DNA from: Bryobacterales bacterium | GTDB taxonomy: Bacteria > Acidobacteriota > Terriglobia > Bryobacterales > UBA6623 | Direction: 5' to 3' | DNA: 64,000 nucleotides | NCBI GenBank assembly: GCA_026713545.1 | Contig: JAPOOG010000072.1 | Span: forward strand, 17,411 to 81,410 | Shown: positions 29,535 through 39,349 of the stretch, piece by piece | Numbering within the stretch: position 1 is the stretch's first letter | Layout of the letters: each line of letters opens with the position of its first letter | The notes under the pieces: model-generated | Databases searched by the model: none | The model's input: only the letters and a program-made list of their open reading frames with translations | Told to the model about the DNA's origin: nothing | Made by a program: the position numbers and the translations under genes

Positions 29535-30839
29535 CTACCAAGCGACGAGAAGCCGGAGATCGCGGACATTGTTGCCTGTGGGACCGGTTGTCAAATCGTC
29601 TTGCAGCCGTTCAAAAAAGTGATACGAGTCGGACCGGCGGGCGAAATCTCCGGGGTCCAAGCTCGATAACTGCGCCTGCTCGAGTGTTGACCCGTCCGCG
29701 ACAGCCCCTGTCGCTGGCGAGTTGCCGTCAACGCCGTCCGTGCCCGCGCTGACAACAGCGATGTCGTCGCCAGCGATCTTTTCGACGCAATCGAGAACAA
29801 AAGCCTGATTGCGGCCTCCCTGCCCGTCACCGATCACCGGACAACTCAACTCACCGCCCGTCAACACGGCGACCGTGCGTCCGGGATGGTTCGAGCGGAG
29901 CTCGCGCAGTCTCGCGAGCAGATGGTCAACGGCCCTCTCGAGGGGCCAATCATCGACGGAGATATCCGTCTCGACGACCCAGCCTTTAGACCGCACCTGG
30001 TTCTCGAGACGATTCAACCCGTCATGGTTATCCAGGAGGCAGAACCAGGAGTTACCGTGAAAGGCCTCGTGGCCCGGTTTCGGTGTTTCGGGGATACGGC
30101 GGTCGCGGAAGAAACCGCGGATCGATGCCGGCAGACTTTCGACGATGCCGAGCTTCTCGGCAATCTCGACAGTGTCGCCGACCGTCGATTCGTCCGGCAT
30201 CGTCGGACCCGACGCGACGGTCGATGGTTGCTCGGGAGGAACGTCGGAAACGTAGAAAGTGACTTGTCTGGCAGGGAAGGCCCGTTCAGCGAGCCGGCCT
30301 CCCTTGATGGACGAGAAATGCTTGCGAAGCACATTCATCTGCACAATGTTCGCTCCGCACGTCACGAGCACGCGGTAGAACTCTCTCAGGTGGTCAATCG
30401 ATATTTCATCCGCGATCGGTTTTTCACAGATCGCGGACCCACCACCGGACAGAAGATAGACGACGAGGTGGTGCGGCTCAAGATCACTCAGCGCCTCGAG
30501 CGCACGTTCGGCGGCCTGCACGCTTTCCAAATTCGGATACGGATGCCCGCCTTGGCAAGTTACGAAATCGGGCTGATGCGGAGGCGAAAGAGAACTGACC
30601 GCCAAGCCGCCGGCGGTTCGCGGCCGAACCGTCTCCGTAAAGACTTCGGCCATCTGAAAAGCCGCCTTGCCGATCGAAATCGTGACGATCTTCTTGTAGC
30701 GCTCCAATTCGATCTGCTCATCACCCCAACAGAGCACACCCTCGCGGCACTTGATCTTCTCGTTCATCACGCGCCGGAGCGACAAATCTTCCAGCGCCGC
30801 GAGGAACAGTTGACGGAGTGTCTCCTTCATGAGAGTCAT
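29535..30839 (-). CDS. Glycerate 2-kinase (DUF4147/MOFRL)
   Basis: IGKAA, GGHPYP, LSGGGSA, IKGGRLA, GGRNQ, GTDGVDG, TGPTGNNVRD. Confidence 0.9.
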   Translation of the reverse strand: MTLMKETLRQLFLAALEDLSLRRVMNEKIKCREGVLCWGDEQIELERYKKIVTISIGKAAFQMAEVFTETVRPRTAGGLAVSSLSPPHQPDFVTCQGGHPYPNLESVQAAERALEALSDLEPHHLVVYLLSGGGSAICEKPIADEISIDHLREFYRVLVTCGANIVQMNVLRKHFSSIKGGRLAERAFPARQVTFYVSDVPPEQPSTVASGPTMPDESTVGDTVEIAEKLGIVESLPASIRGFFRDRRIPETPKPGHEAFHGNSWFCLLDNHDGLNRLENQVRSKGWVVETDISVDDWPLERAVDHLLARLRELRSNHPGRTVAVLTGGELSCPVIGDGQGGRNQAFVLDCVEKIAGDDIAVVSAGTDGVDGNSPATGAVADGSTLEQAQLSSLDPGDFARRSDSYHFFERLQDDLTTGPTGNNVRDLRLLVAW

Positions 30840-31099
30840 CCGGACTCACCCTGTCCGGGCCAGATCCTCACGCTCTACCGACCGGCATAGCTTGGAGAAC
30901 CACATCGAATCTTGACCGAAAACCTCTTGACATTGCAGGCAATCACTAGCCTGTCCCGACCATCTTCTCATGCGACGCGCCTTGAAGCGTTCGAGGCCGC
31001 AATACGACGTAGAAAATGGTCTTACGAGTGTTGCGCCAGGACAAGGAAGAGGCGGCGGGTGCGTGAAGAGCTGTTGGGTTCCAGATCTCGGATACGCAG

Positions 31100-32073
31100 T
31101 CAGGCTGACATTCGGTCGGCAGCGCGGGCCGCAGTGCTTCTGCCTTGCGGCATCGCGACCCAGCCGGCATAGCGCTCGAGGTAGCCCATCCAACGCTTCT
31201 CCACCCCCTCACCAGCGAAGTGGCTTTGCCAGTAAGCGAACAAGTCAGCCCGCTCGCTTGTGATACGGCGTTTGAGAGCGTCCCGTAATCGCCGGGCCCC
31301 CTCCTGTTCGCGGAGACCGGGCCTCCTCAGCAGGGCCAGCGTGGCGGCGTAATCGTTCATCGTTCCCAAGCGGTCCTGGAGCCGCCTGATGGCGGCGATG
31401 TGCTTGTCGAGGGTGGGTCCGTAGCAAGGCTTGAACAACTCCAGGGTGTATCGAAAGCGTTTCGCCCGCAGTCGAAAGTCGTGCAGCTTCTTGTCGGGGG
31501 TCTTCACCTGAATCAGCTTGCGGCCCCTGCTTAAGAACTTCTGCGTCAGTCTCGGCAGCACGACGGCAGCGTTCTCCGAGCTTGTGAGGGTGGGGTCCCA
31601 AGTCGACTTGGCGCTTCCACGCCGATCCATATGCGAGCCTACAACGAGACGCCGCCGCCACTTGCCCGACGGATTGCGCTTGCTCCACCGCTTTACATCC
31701 TCTTTACATCCTCCTGAAAGCTTTTCACGAGCTCCTGCCGCTGTTTGGAGAGGACACGAACCAAAGGAGTATCTGGTGTCAGCCCCGCCTCGCTGGCGAG
31801 TTGCAGGGCTATATCCCGATCGCGCACGCTGCCCGCCGGTTTAAGGATTTCCCGCAAGCGTTTATCGAACTTGCGAACCGGGCGGGGCGGGAAGAAACCA
31901 TTGAACGCATCCACACAGCTTTCATAGCGACGGATCGAGACTCGCAGGTCGTGCACCGTATGCGCATCGGTCGATTTGCAGCCACGTCCAAGCTCGAAAG
32001 CAAAGCGATCGAGACGAGCTTCGCTCTGGCGAGCCACATACTCCTTCATGGGGGACATCGCTTCAGAGGACAT
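31100..32073 (-). pseudogene. CHAD domain protein split by an 11-bp tandem duplication
   Basis: HDLRVSIRR/GSVRDRD in the 5' part, LHDFRLRAKRFRYTLE/LQDRLGTMND in the 3' part; removing one CTTTACATCCT copy (31691-31712) fuses the frames. Confidence 0.8.
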
Positions 32074-32413
32074 CAGTACTCGCGGTTGACTTTCAGAGAG
32101 ACAGACGCACCGGAGATCGGGTTTCAGCCCATTGAGTCCAACGGACGATACAGCAGGGGCGCGCCTGCTGTCAAGGCAAGTCCAGCGGGCGGCGAACAGC
32201 GGCTCTTCCGCAGCGTGCAAATAACCATCATCAGATTGTCCGGGTTTTCGGCGGATATCACTCCTTCAATGACCCGCGCGACGCCTTCTTTCCGTCGAAC
32301 TGAGCGAGCGGCAAGGGTCTGACTCGGCCCTCGCTGTTTGCTTTGGCGATCCGTCCACAGATACCGACCCGTCTGCTCGACTAGAATTAAAGTACGTTCC
32401 GGACAACATCCCA

Positions 32414-33739
32414 ATGAGCGCGACGAGCAGCGGCGGCACGAACGGAGACGCGACGACCGTCGGCAACTACTTCGTCTCCAACTATCCGCCGTACAGCTTC
32501 TGGAATGCGCAGGCTGCCGAACAGGCCGTGGCCGCCCTGGACCATCCGCCGAGCATGGAAGGGCCTTTTGGGCTGTATCTTCACATCCCGTTCTGTCGCA
32601 AGCGCTGCCGTTTCTGCTACTTCAAGGTTTATACCGACAACGATTCGTCGGAGATCACCCGGTATCTCGAAGGCGTCGCGAAAGAGTTGGCGCTCTACTC
32701 CAACAAGCCGGCCGTTAGCGGGCGCAAACCAAAGTTCATCTATTTCGGCGGCGGCACTCCGTCGTACATTTCGACGCAACAGTTATCCCGGCTCGTGAAT
32801 GCCATCCAGCCGCTCTTCCCCTGGGATGAAGCCGAGGAGATCACCTTCGAGTGCGAACCGGGCACGATCACCAAACATAAACTCGAGATCCTCCGCGACA
32901 TCGGCGTGACCCGCCTGAGCCTCGGAATCGAGAACTTCAACGATGAGATCCTCGAAGTCAACGGCCGCGCCCATGGATCAAGGGAGGTCGACCGGGCCTA
33001 CGGTTTCGCGCGCGATACCGGCTTTCCGCAAATCAACATCGACCTGATTGCCGGGATGATCGGCGAAACCGATTCCAACTGGGAAAAATGCGTCCGTAAG
33101 AGCATCGCGCTACAGCCTGACAGCATCACGATCTACCAAATGGAGCTGCCCCCGAACACCGTCATCTCCAAGGAGATGCGCATCAATGGGCAGCCCGCTC
33201 CTGTTGCGGACTGGAGGACGAAGCGCCATTGGACGGGCTACGCGTTCGCAGAGTTCGAAAAAGCCGGCTATACGCTGACGAGCGGCTACACGGCTGTCAG
33301 GGACACGGCGACGGCCACCTTTCTCTACCGCGACCTGCTCTGGAGCGGCGCTGACATGTTAGGCATCGGGGTGTCCTCCTTCGGCCATCTGCAGCGAGTG
33401 CACATCCAAAACGAGCATCACATGCAGCCCTATCTCGAAGCCGTCGAGGACGGTGAGATTCCGATCCGCCGCGCGCTCCCGACGACTGCAGAGGAGCGGA
33501 TGATCCGTGAGTTCATTTTGCAAATGAAGAAAGGCCGTGTCGACAAACTGTACTTCCAATCCAAGTTTGGGGTTGACCTACAGGACCGCTTCAGTACGGC
33601 CCTTGAAGAACTGTGCCGGAGAGGTCAGGTCGAGATCGACTCCGCCAGCATCACGCTCACCCGCGAGGGGTTGCTCCGCGTCGATCAGTTGCTGCATCGA
33701 TTCTTTCTTCCCCGTCATCGAGTCGCGAACGCCGCATAG
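32414..33739 (+). CDS. HemN-like radical SAM protein
   Basis: YLHIPFCRKRCRFCYF, YFGGGTPS, RLSLGIE, NIDLIAG, LGIGVSSFG. Confidence 0.88.
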   Translation: MSATSSGGTNGDATTVGNYFVSNYPPYSFWNAQAAEQAVAALDHPPSMEGPFGLYLHIPFCRKRCRFCYFKVYTDNDSSEITRYLEGVAKELALYSNKPAVSGRKPKFIYFGGGTPSYISTQQLSRLVNAIQPLFPWDEAEEITFECEPGTITKHKLEILRDIGVTRLSLGIENFNDEILEVNGRAHGSREVDRAYGFARDTGFPQINIDLIAGMIGETDSNWEKCVRKSIALQPDSITIYQMELPPNTVISKEMRINGQPAPVADWRTKRHWTGYAFAEFEKAGYTLTSGYTAVRDTATATFLYRDLLWSGADMLGIGVSSFGHLQRVHIQNEHHMQPYLEAVEDGEIPIRRALPTTAEERMIREFILQMKKGRVDKLYFQSKFGVDLQDRFSTALEELCRRGQVEIDSASITLTREGLLRVDQLLHRFFLPRHRVANAA

Positions 33740-33753
33740 GTCCCGCATCTACG

Positions 33754-35001
33754 ATGAACCGCTACGACGCCATCGTGATCGGCGCAGGGCCTTCCGGTTC
33801 CACCGCCGCGGCAGTTCTGGCTTCCAAAGGCCGCCGCGTCCTCGCCATCGAGCGGGAAAAGTTTCCACGGTATCACGTCGGGGAGTCGCTCATCCCGTAC
33901 ACCTATTTCCCACTCGAGCGCATCGGCATGATCGAGCGCATGAAGAAATCACACTTCCCCAGCAAGTACAGCGTCCAGTTCGTCGGCCGCAGCGGGAACC
34001 TCTCGCAGCCGTTCTACTTCTTCGAGCACCTCAACCACGAGGCAGCCTGCACCTGGCAGGTGCTTCGCAGCGAGTTCGACCAGATGCTTATGGACAACGC
34101 CCGCGAAAAGGGCGTCAAAGTTCTGGAAGAAACAAAGGTCACAGAGACGATCGATGAAGACGGCGCCGTTACCGGCGTGCGTGCGAAAGCCAAGGACGGG
34201 AGCATGCGGGAGTTCCGCGCACCGATCACCATCGACGCCTCTGGGCGCGACTCACTCTCGATGCTCCGCAACAACTGGCGTGTGCGGGACGACCAGCTCA
34301 AGAAGATTTCGATCTGGACCTATTACAAAGGCGCTCTTCGCGACCCCGGCCGTGATGAAGGCGCAACCACCATCGCCTCTATTCCTGAACGCGGTTGGTT
34401 TTGGTACATCCCTCTCCCCGACGACATGGTCAGCGTCGGTGTCGTCGCGGAAAGCGAATACCTATATCGCGACACACGCGACCTCGAAGAAATCTTCCTT
34501 CGCGAGGTCACCAACAACCGCTGGATCGAGAAGCATCTTGCGATCGGTCGAAGAACGGAACCCTTGCGGGTCACCGGAGAGTTCTCCTATCGCTCTCGCT
34601 ACACTGCGGCCGACGGGTTGGTCCTGACTGGAGACGCCTTCGGTTTCCTCGACCCCGTGTTTTCCTCGGGACTCTTCTTCGCGCTGCGGGGCGGAGAACT
34701 CGTCGCCGACGCCGTCGACGCGGCGCTCACTGCAGGCGACTACTCAGCCGGGCGCTTCAACGACTACGCCAACGAGATGTGCAGCGGTATGGAAGCAATG
34801 CGCCGCCTGGTCTACGCTTTCTACGACCACGGCTTCAGCTTCGCTGACCTGATGAAGGAGCACCCTGAACTCAGCCCCGACCTGACCGATTGCCTGATTG
34901 GAAACCTATCCCGCGATTTCGAGCCACTCTTCAAAGCAGTGTCGAAGTTCGCCGCCGTCCCGGATCCGCTGTCCCACGGCCGTCCGCTGGCGGCCGCGTG
35001 A
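33754..35001 (+). CDS. FAD-dependent oxidoreductase, flavin halogenase-like
   Basis: GAGPSG, FPRYHVGESL, FPSK, WFWYIPL (WxWxIP), GDAFGFLDPVFSSG. Confidence 0.82.
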   Translation: MNRYDAIVIGAGPSGSTAAAVLASKGRRVLAIEREKFPRYHVGESLIPYTYFPLERIGMIERMKKSHFPSKYSVQFVGRSGNLSQPFYFFEHLNHEAACTWQVLRSEFDQMLMDNAREKGVKVLEETKVTETIDEDGAVTGVRAKAKDGSMREFRAPITIDASGRDSLSMLRNNWRVRDDQLKKISIWTYYKGALRDPGRDEGATTIASIPERGWFWYIPLPDDMVSVGVVAESEYLYRDTRDLEEIFLREVTNNRWIEKHLAIGRRTEPLRVTGEFSYRSRYTAADGLVLTGDAFGFLDPVFSSGLFFALRGGELVADAVDAALTAGDYSAGRFNDYANEMCSGMEAMRRLVYAFYDHGFSFADLMKEHPELSPDLTDCLIGNLSRDFEPLFKAVSKFAAVPDPLSHGRPLAAA

Positions 35002-36326
35002 ACGGCCGCCGGTATGTTGTTGCCAACCGCATGAACTCATTGAAGACGCTGCATCTCGACAGAGGCGCGCTCAAAGCGCACCAGTTGAAGAAACTGCATG
35101 CTCTTCTAAAGACGACCCTTGTCGATAACTCCTTCTACAAGGCGAAGCTGCGGGCCGCTGGTACCGATCACCTGCCCGAGAGCCTCGACGACTTCATCGC
35201 CCGGACACCCATGACGACCAAGCGGGAGCTGGTCGACGATCAACGACGGAACCCACCGTACGGGTCCAACCGTGCCTTCCCGATCGAGCACTACTGTCGG
35301 TACCACCAGACCAGCGGTACGACCTCCACTCCAGTTCGCTGGCTTGACACGCGCGAGAGTTGGAACTGGATGGTCGACTCCTGGAAGCATATCTTCGAGT
35401 CCGCCGGAATCACGGCACAAGATCGGATCTTCTTCCCCTTCTCCTTCGGTCCGTTCCTCGGTTTCTGGTCAGCCTTTGACGCGGCGAACCGGATGGGCAG
35501 TCTCACGATTCCCGGCGGCGGACAGCGCAGTGCGGCACGGCTCACCACCATCATCGACAATGCCGTCACCGCAATCTGCGCCACGCCTACGTACGCGATT
35601 CATCTTGGGGAAGCGGCCCGCGAAGAGAACATCACCCTCTCGGCCTCGAAGGTTCGGGCGATCATCGTTGCCGGCGAACCGGGCGGCACGATCCCGTCAA
35701 CTCGCGGGCTGATCGAAAAACTCTGGCCGGGCACCCGCGTGTTCGATCACTACGGCATGACTGAAGTCGGGCCTGTCAGCTACGAATGCCCCCGCCGCCG
35801 GGGCGTCGCCCACGTGATGGAATCGGCCTACCTTGCCGAGGTCATCGATCCGGAAACACTCGCGCGGGTGAAGCCGGACGACATCGGCGAACTTGTCCTT
35901 ACGCCCCTCGGCCGCCTCGGGTCACCCGTGATTCGCTACCGGACGGGCGACCTCGTACGACCCGCGAACCCCGCACGCTGCGAGTGCGGCAGCTACGAGC
36001 TGTCTTTGGAAGGGGGCATCCTCGGGCGGACAGATGACATGGTGATCGTGCGCGGAGTCAACCTCTACCCCAGCGCCGTCGAGGACGTGCTGCGAGCTGA
36101 TGGCGGGATCGCGGAATTCCAAGTTGATATCAGCACCAACAACGACTTGACGGAGCTGCGGCTTCGGGTCGAGCCTTCCGCCCCGGTCACGGACCCATCT
36201 CGTTTCGCAATTCATGTCGAGCAGGCCCTTCACCGCGCGTTCGGCCTTCGCTTCTCGGTGGAATGCGTCACCCCCGGCACACTTCCTCGATTCGAGATGA
36301 AAGCAAAGCGCTGGAAACACAAATGA
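34998..36326 (+). CDS. Phenylacetate-CoA ligase (PaaK) family protein
   Basis: QTSGTT, AGEPGG, DHYGMTE, RYRTGD, GRTDDMVIVRGVNLYP, LPRFEMKAKR; GTGA overlap. Confidence 0.85.
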   Translation: MNGRRYVVANRMNSLKTLHLDRGALKAHQLKKLHALLKTTLVDNSFYKAKLRAAGTDHLPESLDDFIARTPMTTKRELVDDQRRNPPYGSNRAFPIEHYCRYHQTSGTTSTPVRWLDTRESWNWMVDSWKHIFESAGITAQDRIFFPFSFGPFLGFWSAFDAANRMGSLTIPGGGQRSAARLTTIIDNAVTAICATPTYAIHLGEAAREENITLSASKVRAIIVAGEPGGTIPSTRGLIEKLWPGTRVFDHYGMTEVGPVSYECPRRRGVAHVMESAYLAEVIDPETLARVKPDDIGELVLTPLGRLGSPVIRYRTGDLVRPANPARCECGSYELSLEGGILGRTDDMVIVRGVNLYPSAVEDVLRADGGIAEFQVDISTNNDLTELRLRVEPSAPVTDPSRFAIHVEQALHRAFGLRFSVECVTPGTLPRFEMKAKRWKHK

Positions 36327-36571
36327 ACCGGAGTCCGGAAGCCTCCTGCCGAATACCCTGTTCTTCCGAGCCCGAGCACAAACCGTAACGCGCAGCTCGC
36401 CCGGAAGCCTTCCTCACTGACGAGCACTTATCTTGGCGCCACGGCGAGCAGACGACACGCAACCCATCCCAACGGGATGAAAGGTTAGCAGACGCCGTAG
36501 AAGCGGACCCCGAGACAGAGACGATATGCCGACGAAGCGCCGATGATACAATGAGAGCCGCTCAGCACAGG

Positions 36572-36604
36572 AAAGGCCGCGCGCACTCGGCGCGCGGCCT
36601 TTTC
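36572..36604 (+). terminator. Intrinsic terminator-like hairpin
   Basis: 13-bp stem AAAGGCCGCGCGC/GCGCGCGGCCTTT, loop ACTCG, short T run. Confidence 0.55.
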
Positions 36605-36635
36605 AGAAACCAAGCCTTTAGTTATTTCCCCTTCC

Positions 36636-36711
36636 GGGCGCGTAGCTCAATTGGTAGAGCAAGTGACTCTTAATCACTAGGTTCGGGGTTCGATTCCCTG
36701 CGCGCTCACCA
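36636..36711 (+). tRNA. tRNA-Lys (anticodon CTT)
   Basis: GGGCGCG acceptor stem, D arm AGCTCAATTGGTAGAGC, anticodon arm AGTGA-CTCTTAA-TCACT, GGTTCGATTCC, encoded CCA; 76 nt. Confidence 0.97.
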
Positions 36712-36761
36712 TTTCTTTTCAACAACTCACTGGATAAACGCCCTTGCCGACATCATGCTCG

Positions 36762-36780
36762 TGTCAGCACTATGTCAGCA
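36762..36780. repeat. Direct repeat TGTCAGCA x2 at 11-bp period; possible integrase arm sites
   Basis: Located about 50 bp downstream of the tRNA 3' end. Confidence 0.4.
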
Positions 36781-36954
36781 TAAGCTCCCCGTCACCTCTG
36801 TCAATCCATACCGACCGACGAGAATGGTGCTCTTCAGCGACGTGACACATGCCGCAGGGCAGGCTTTGCTCCCGATCCAGCATTCTCGTAAAGACTCAAA
36901 CTTCGGGGATCTGGAATTTACGGATCTTGCGGAAGTGGATGTTGAAGGGTACGG

Positions 36955-39339
36955 TTATTCCTCAGCCCGTTGCAGGAAAACGTCACTGGTGACGATCGCG
37001 GTGACCGCCGCAGAGAACCGGTATCCGTTGTCTTCCAGAGCACGGCGTATCGAGAGCAACGTATGGAAGTCGCCGGATTGCAGATTGCGAGTCAGGGCGT
37101 ACGTCATGAGGCGTTTGGAAAAATTGTCGACGAACTTCCGCCGTTGCGGACCTTGCAGAAGATAACGTTTGAGATCTTCGAGTCCGTGCAGCGTGGTGCC
37201 ATCCGGCAATTCGGCCCAGTCAGCAAGCGAGCCGCCGTTTACCGATTTCGAGTTCGTCCGACGGCCAATCCCGTCGAACTCTTCCAGCGAGAGCCCCAGA
37301 GCATCCATGCGGCTATGACAGCCGGCACAACGGGTTTCTCGACGGTGCCGTGCCATCATTTCAGCCAAGGTCAACGGACGTCCGTCATCGGCTTGGACGT
37401 CCTCCAGTTTGTCGACCGTGACGGGCGGCGGCAACGGTGGCGTGCCAAGAATCTCGCGCAGTATATAAGCGCCACGTTCCACGGCGCTACGCCGGTCCGG
37501 ATGCGAAGTCAGACTCAGAATCCCGGCCATACCCAATAAGCCGCCCCGACCGTCGCGATCCGTGAATCGGACTCTCTGAAAACCCTCACTGGTGACGTCT
37601 GCCATTGCATAGTACGCCGCCAGTTCGCGATTCACAAACGTGAAATCAGAGTCGATGAGGTTCAGGATGCTCAGATCACGGCGAATGATTTCCTCGACGA
37701 AATAAAGCACTTCGTCATACATCGCCCTTTGCAGCGATTCGGTGAACTCCGGAAAGCGCTGAGGGCTGATGTCGAGATGGTCGGCGATCTTGTTGAACTT
37801 GAGCCAATACCCGGCGAACTGCGTCGCCAGGGCGGCAGCCTTCCGGTCCGAAAGCATTCGCCTTACCTGAGCTTTCAGCACCTCAGGATGGTGCAACCGC
37901 TGCTCGAAGGCTAAACGAGTCAGTTCCTCATCCGGCGGCCCGGACCATAGAAAATACGACAGTCGGGACGCTACTTCGTGATCGGACAACGGAGCGGTCG
38001 CTTCGGATTTCTCCCGTTTCTTGTCACTCCAGTTGATCACCATTCTTTCCCAGCGGTGCTCCTCGGGCAAGTAGACAAACTGCGGCGAGGCCAAGATACC
38101 CTGCAATACCTGTCGACAGGCGCCCTCGAAATTCTTGCCGCTTTTGATCTGTTCGTCATAAAGGCCCTTGAGGCCGGCAGTCTCCTCTTCGTGCAGAGGT
38201 CGGCGGTAGGCCCGGGCGGCGAAGGCGGACAGGTGTTGGTAGGCCGCAGCTTGCAATTCGGACGGCGGAGTCGGGTACGAGGAGTCGAGCCGAGCCGGTC
38301 GCGGCTCTGGGTGAAAACGGATGCCCTTGTCAGGATCGACTGAGGCGTGTACGACAATCTGATCTGCTGCCAGCAGATAACGCGACAACTTCGAAGGGGA
38401 TAACTGCATCTCGAGCCCCTGGTTCACAAAGCCGCCGTCACTGGCTGTTCCACCTGGCTGCGTAAGGCTACCGAGGCCCAGGTCGAGACCGGTCAATTCG
38501 CGCACCGTGTTGTCGTACTCGAAAGGCGTCATCTGCCGCAGCCGCGCATTGCTGGCGCGGGACGAGTCGGGTGTGATGCGCGATTCCATCTCCTTTTCGA
38601 ACCACAGGCCGAAGAGTTCCCGTTCTTCTTCGGAGGGTTGGCGTTTCTGGCTCGGATGAGGCATTGCGCCGGTGGTGATGGCGCGTGCAATCTTCTCCCA
38701 CTGCTGATGCCAACTACTGAGATCCTCACCTGGCCACTGATCCGTGTATTCCTCAATGGCAAGTCCGCCTTCACGGCTCTGTTTGCCGTGGCAGTCGTAG
38801 CAGTAATGCCGCAGGAAGGGATGGATCTCCTTTTCGAATGTCAACTCTTTAGCCGGCCCGGACAGAACTTGATATGCCACAGCCACAGGTTGTTCCGGCG
38901 CCATCTCTAACGCAATGTCCCCTTCCTGCTTGTCCGCCGGCCAAGCACCCTCGTCGATCCATCTTGCAATGACCCTGATTTGTTCCTCGCCAGGTCTGGG
39001 ATTGCCCTGGGGAGGCATCGCGAGGCTGTCCGCGGGAGGAGCCGACAGACGTTGTATCAGCAGACTTTGGGAAGACTGTCGGGCAATGATCACCCGGCCG
39101 TTGTCACTGCCCTGCAGTGCAGTTTCACGGCGGTCCAGCCGCAGGCCGGCCATCTGGGTTTCCGAGCCGTGGCACCGCAAACAAAATTGCTCGAAGATCG
39201 GTCGAACCTTCGTATCCCATTCCTGGGGTTGATCATTGTTCGCCGCGAGGGCGGGAAAATAAACCATCCCGACACCAAGGAAAAGAGCGAGTCCGCGGGC
39301 ACTGATGACGGGCCGGATGGCGAAGCGGGCAGGCTGCAT
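36955..39339 (-). CDS. Planctomycete-type cytochrome c / DUF1592-family protein
   Basis: Three CxxCH motifs (CLRCH, CYDCH, CAGCH), EVASRLSYFLWSGPPDEEL, RGGLLG. Confidence 0.85.
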   Translation of the reverse strand: MQPARFAIRPVISARGLALFLGVGMVYFPALAANNDQPQEWDTKVRPIFEQFCLRCHGSETQMAGLRLDRRETALQGSDNGRVIIARQSSQSLLIQRLSAPPADSLAMPPQGNPRPGEEQIRVIARWIDEGAWPADKQEGDIALEMAPEQPVAVAYQVLSGPAKELTFEKEIHPFLRHYCYDCHGKQSREGGLAIEEYTDQWPGEDLSSWHQQWEKIARAITTGAMPHPSQKRQPSEEERELFGLWFEKEMESRITPDSSRASNARLRQMTPFEYDNTVRELTGLDLGLGSLTQPGGTASDGGFVNQGLEMQLSPSKLSRYLLAADQIVVHASVDPDKGIRFHPEPRPARLDSSYPTPPSELQAAAYQHLSAFAARAYRRPLHEEETAGLKGLYDEQIKSGKNFEGACRQVLQGILASPQFVYLPEEHRWERMVINWSDKKREKSEATAPLSDHEVASRLSYFLWSGPPDEELTRLAFEQRLHHPEVLKAQVRRMLSDRKAAALATQFAGYWLKFNKIADHLDISPQRFPEFTESLQRAMYDEVLYFVEEIIRRDLSILNLIDSDFTFVNRELAAYYAMADVTSEGFQRVRFTDRDGRGGLLGMAGILSLTSHPDRRSAVERGAYILREILGTPPLPPPVTVDKLEDVQADDGRPLTLAEMMARHRRETRCAGCHSRMDALGLSLEEFDGIGRRTNSKSVNGGSLADWAELPDGTTLHGLEDLKRYLLQGPQRRKFVDNFSKRLMTYALTRNLQSGDFHTLLSIRRALEDNGYRFSAAVTAIVTSDVFLQRAEE

Positions 39340-39349
39340 GGGGATCTTC

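Noticed and set aside
36415-36485. CTGACGA...GAAA resembling a hammerhead ribozyme core
   Set aside because: No stem II placing GAAA correctly and no flanking stems found
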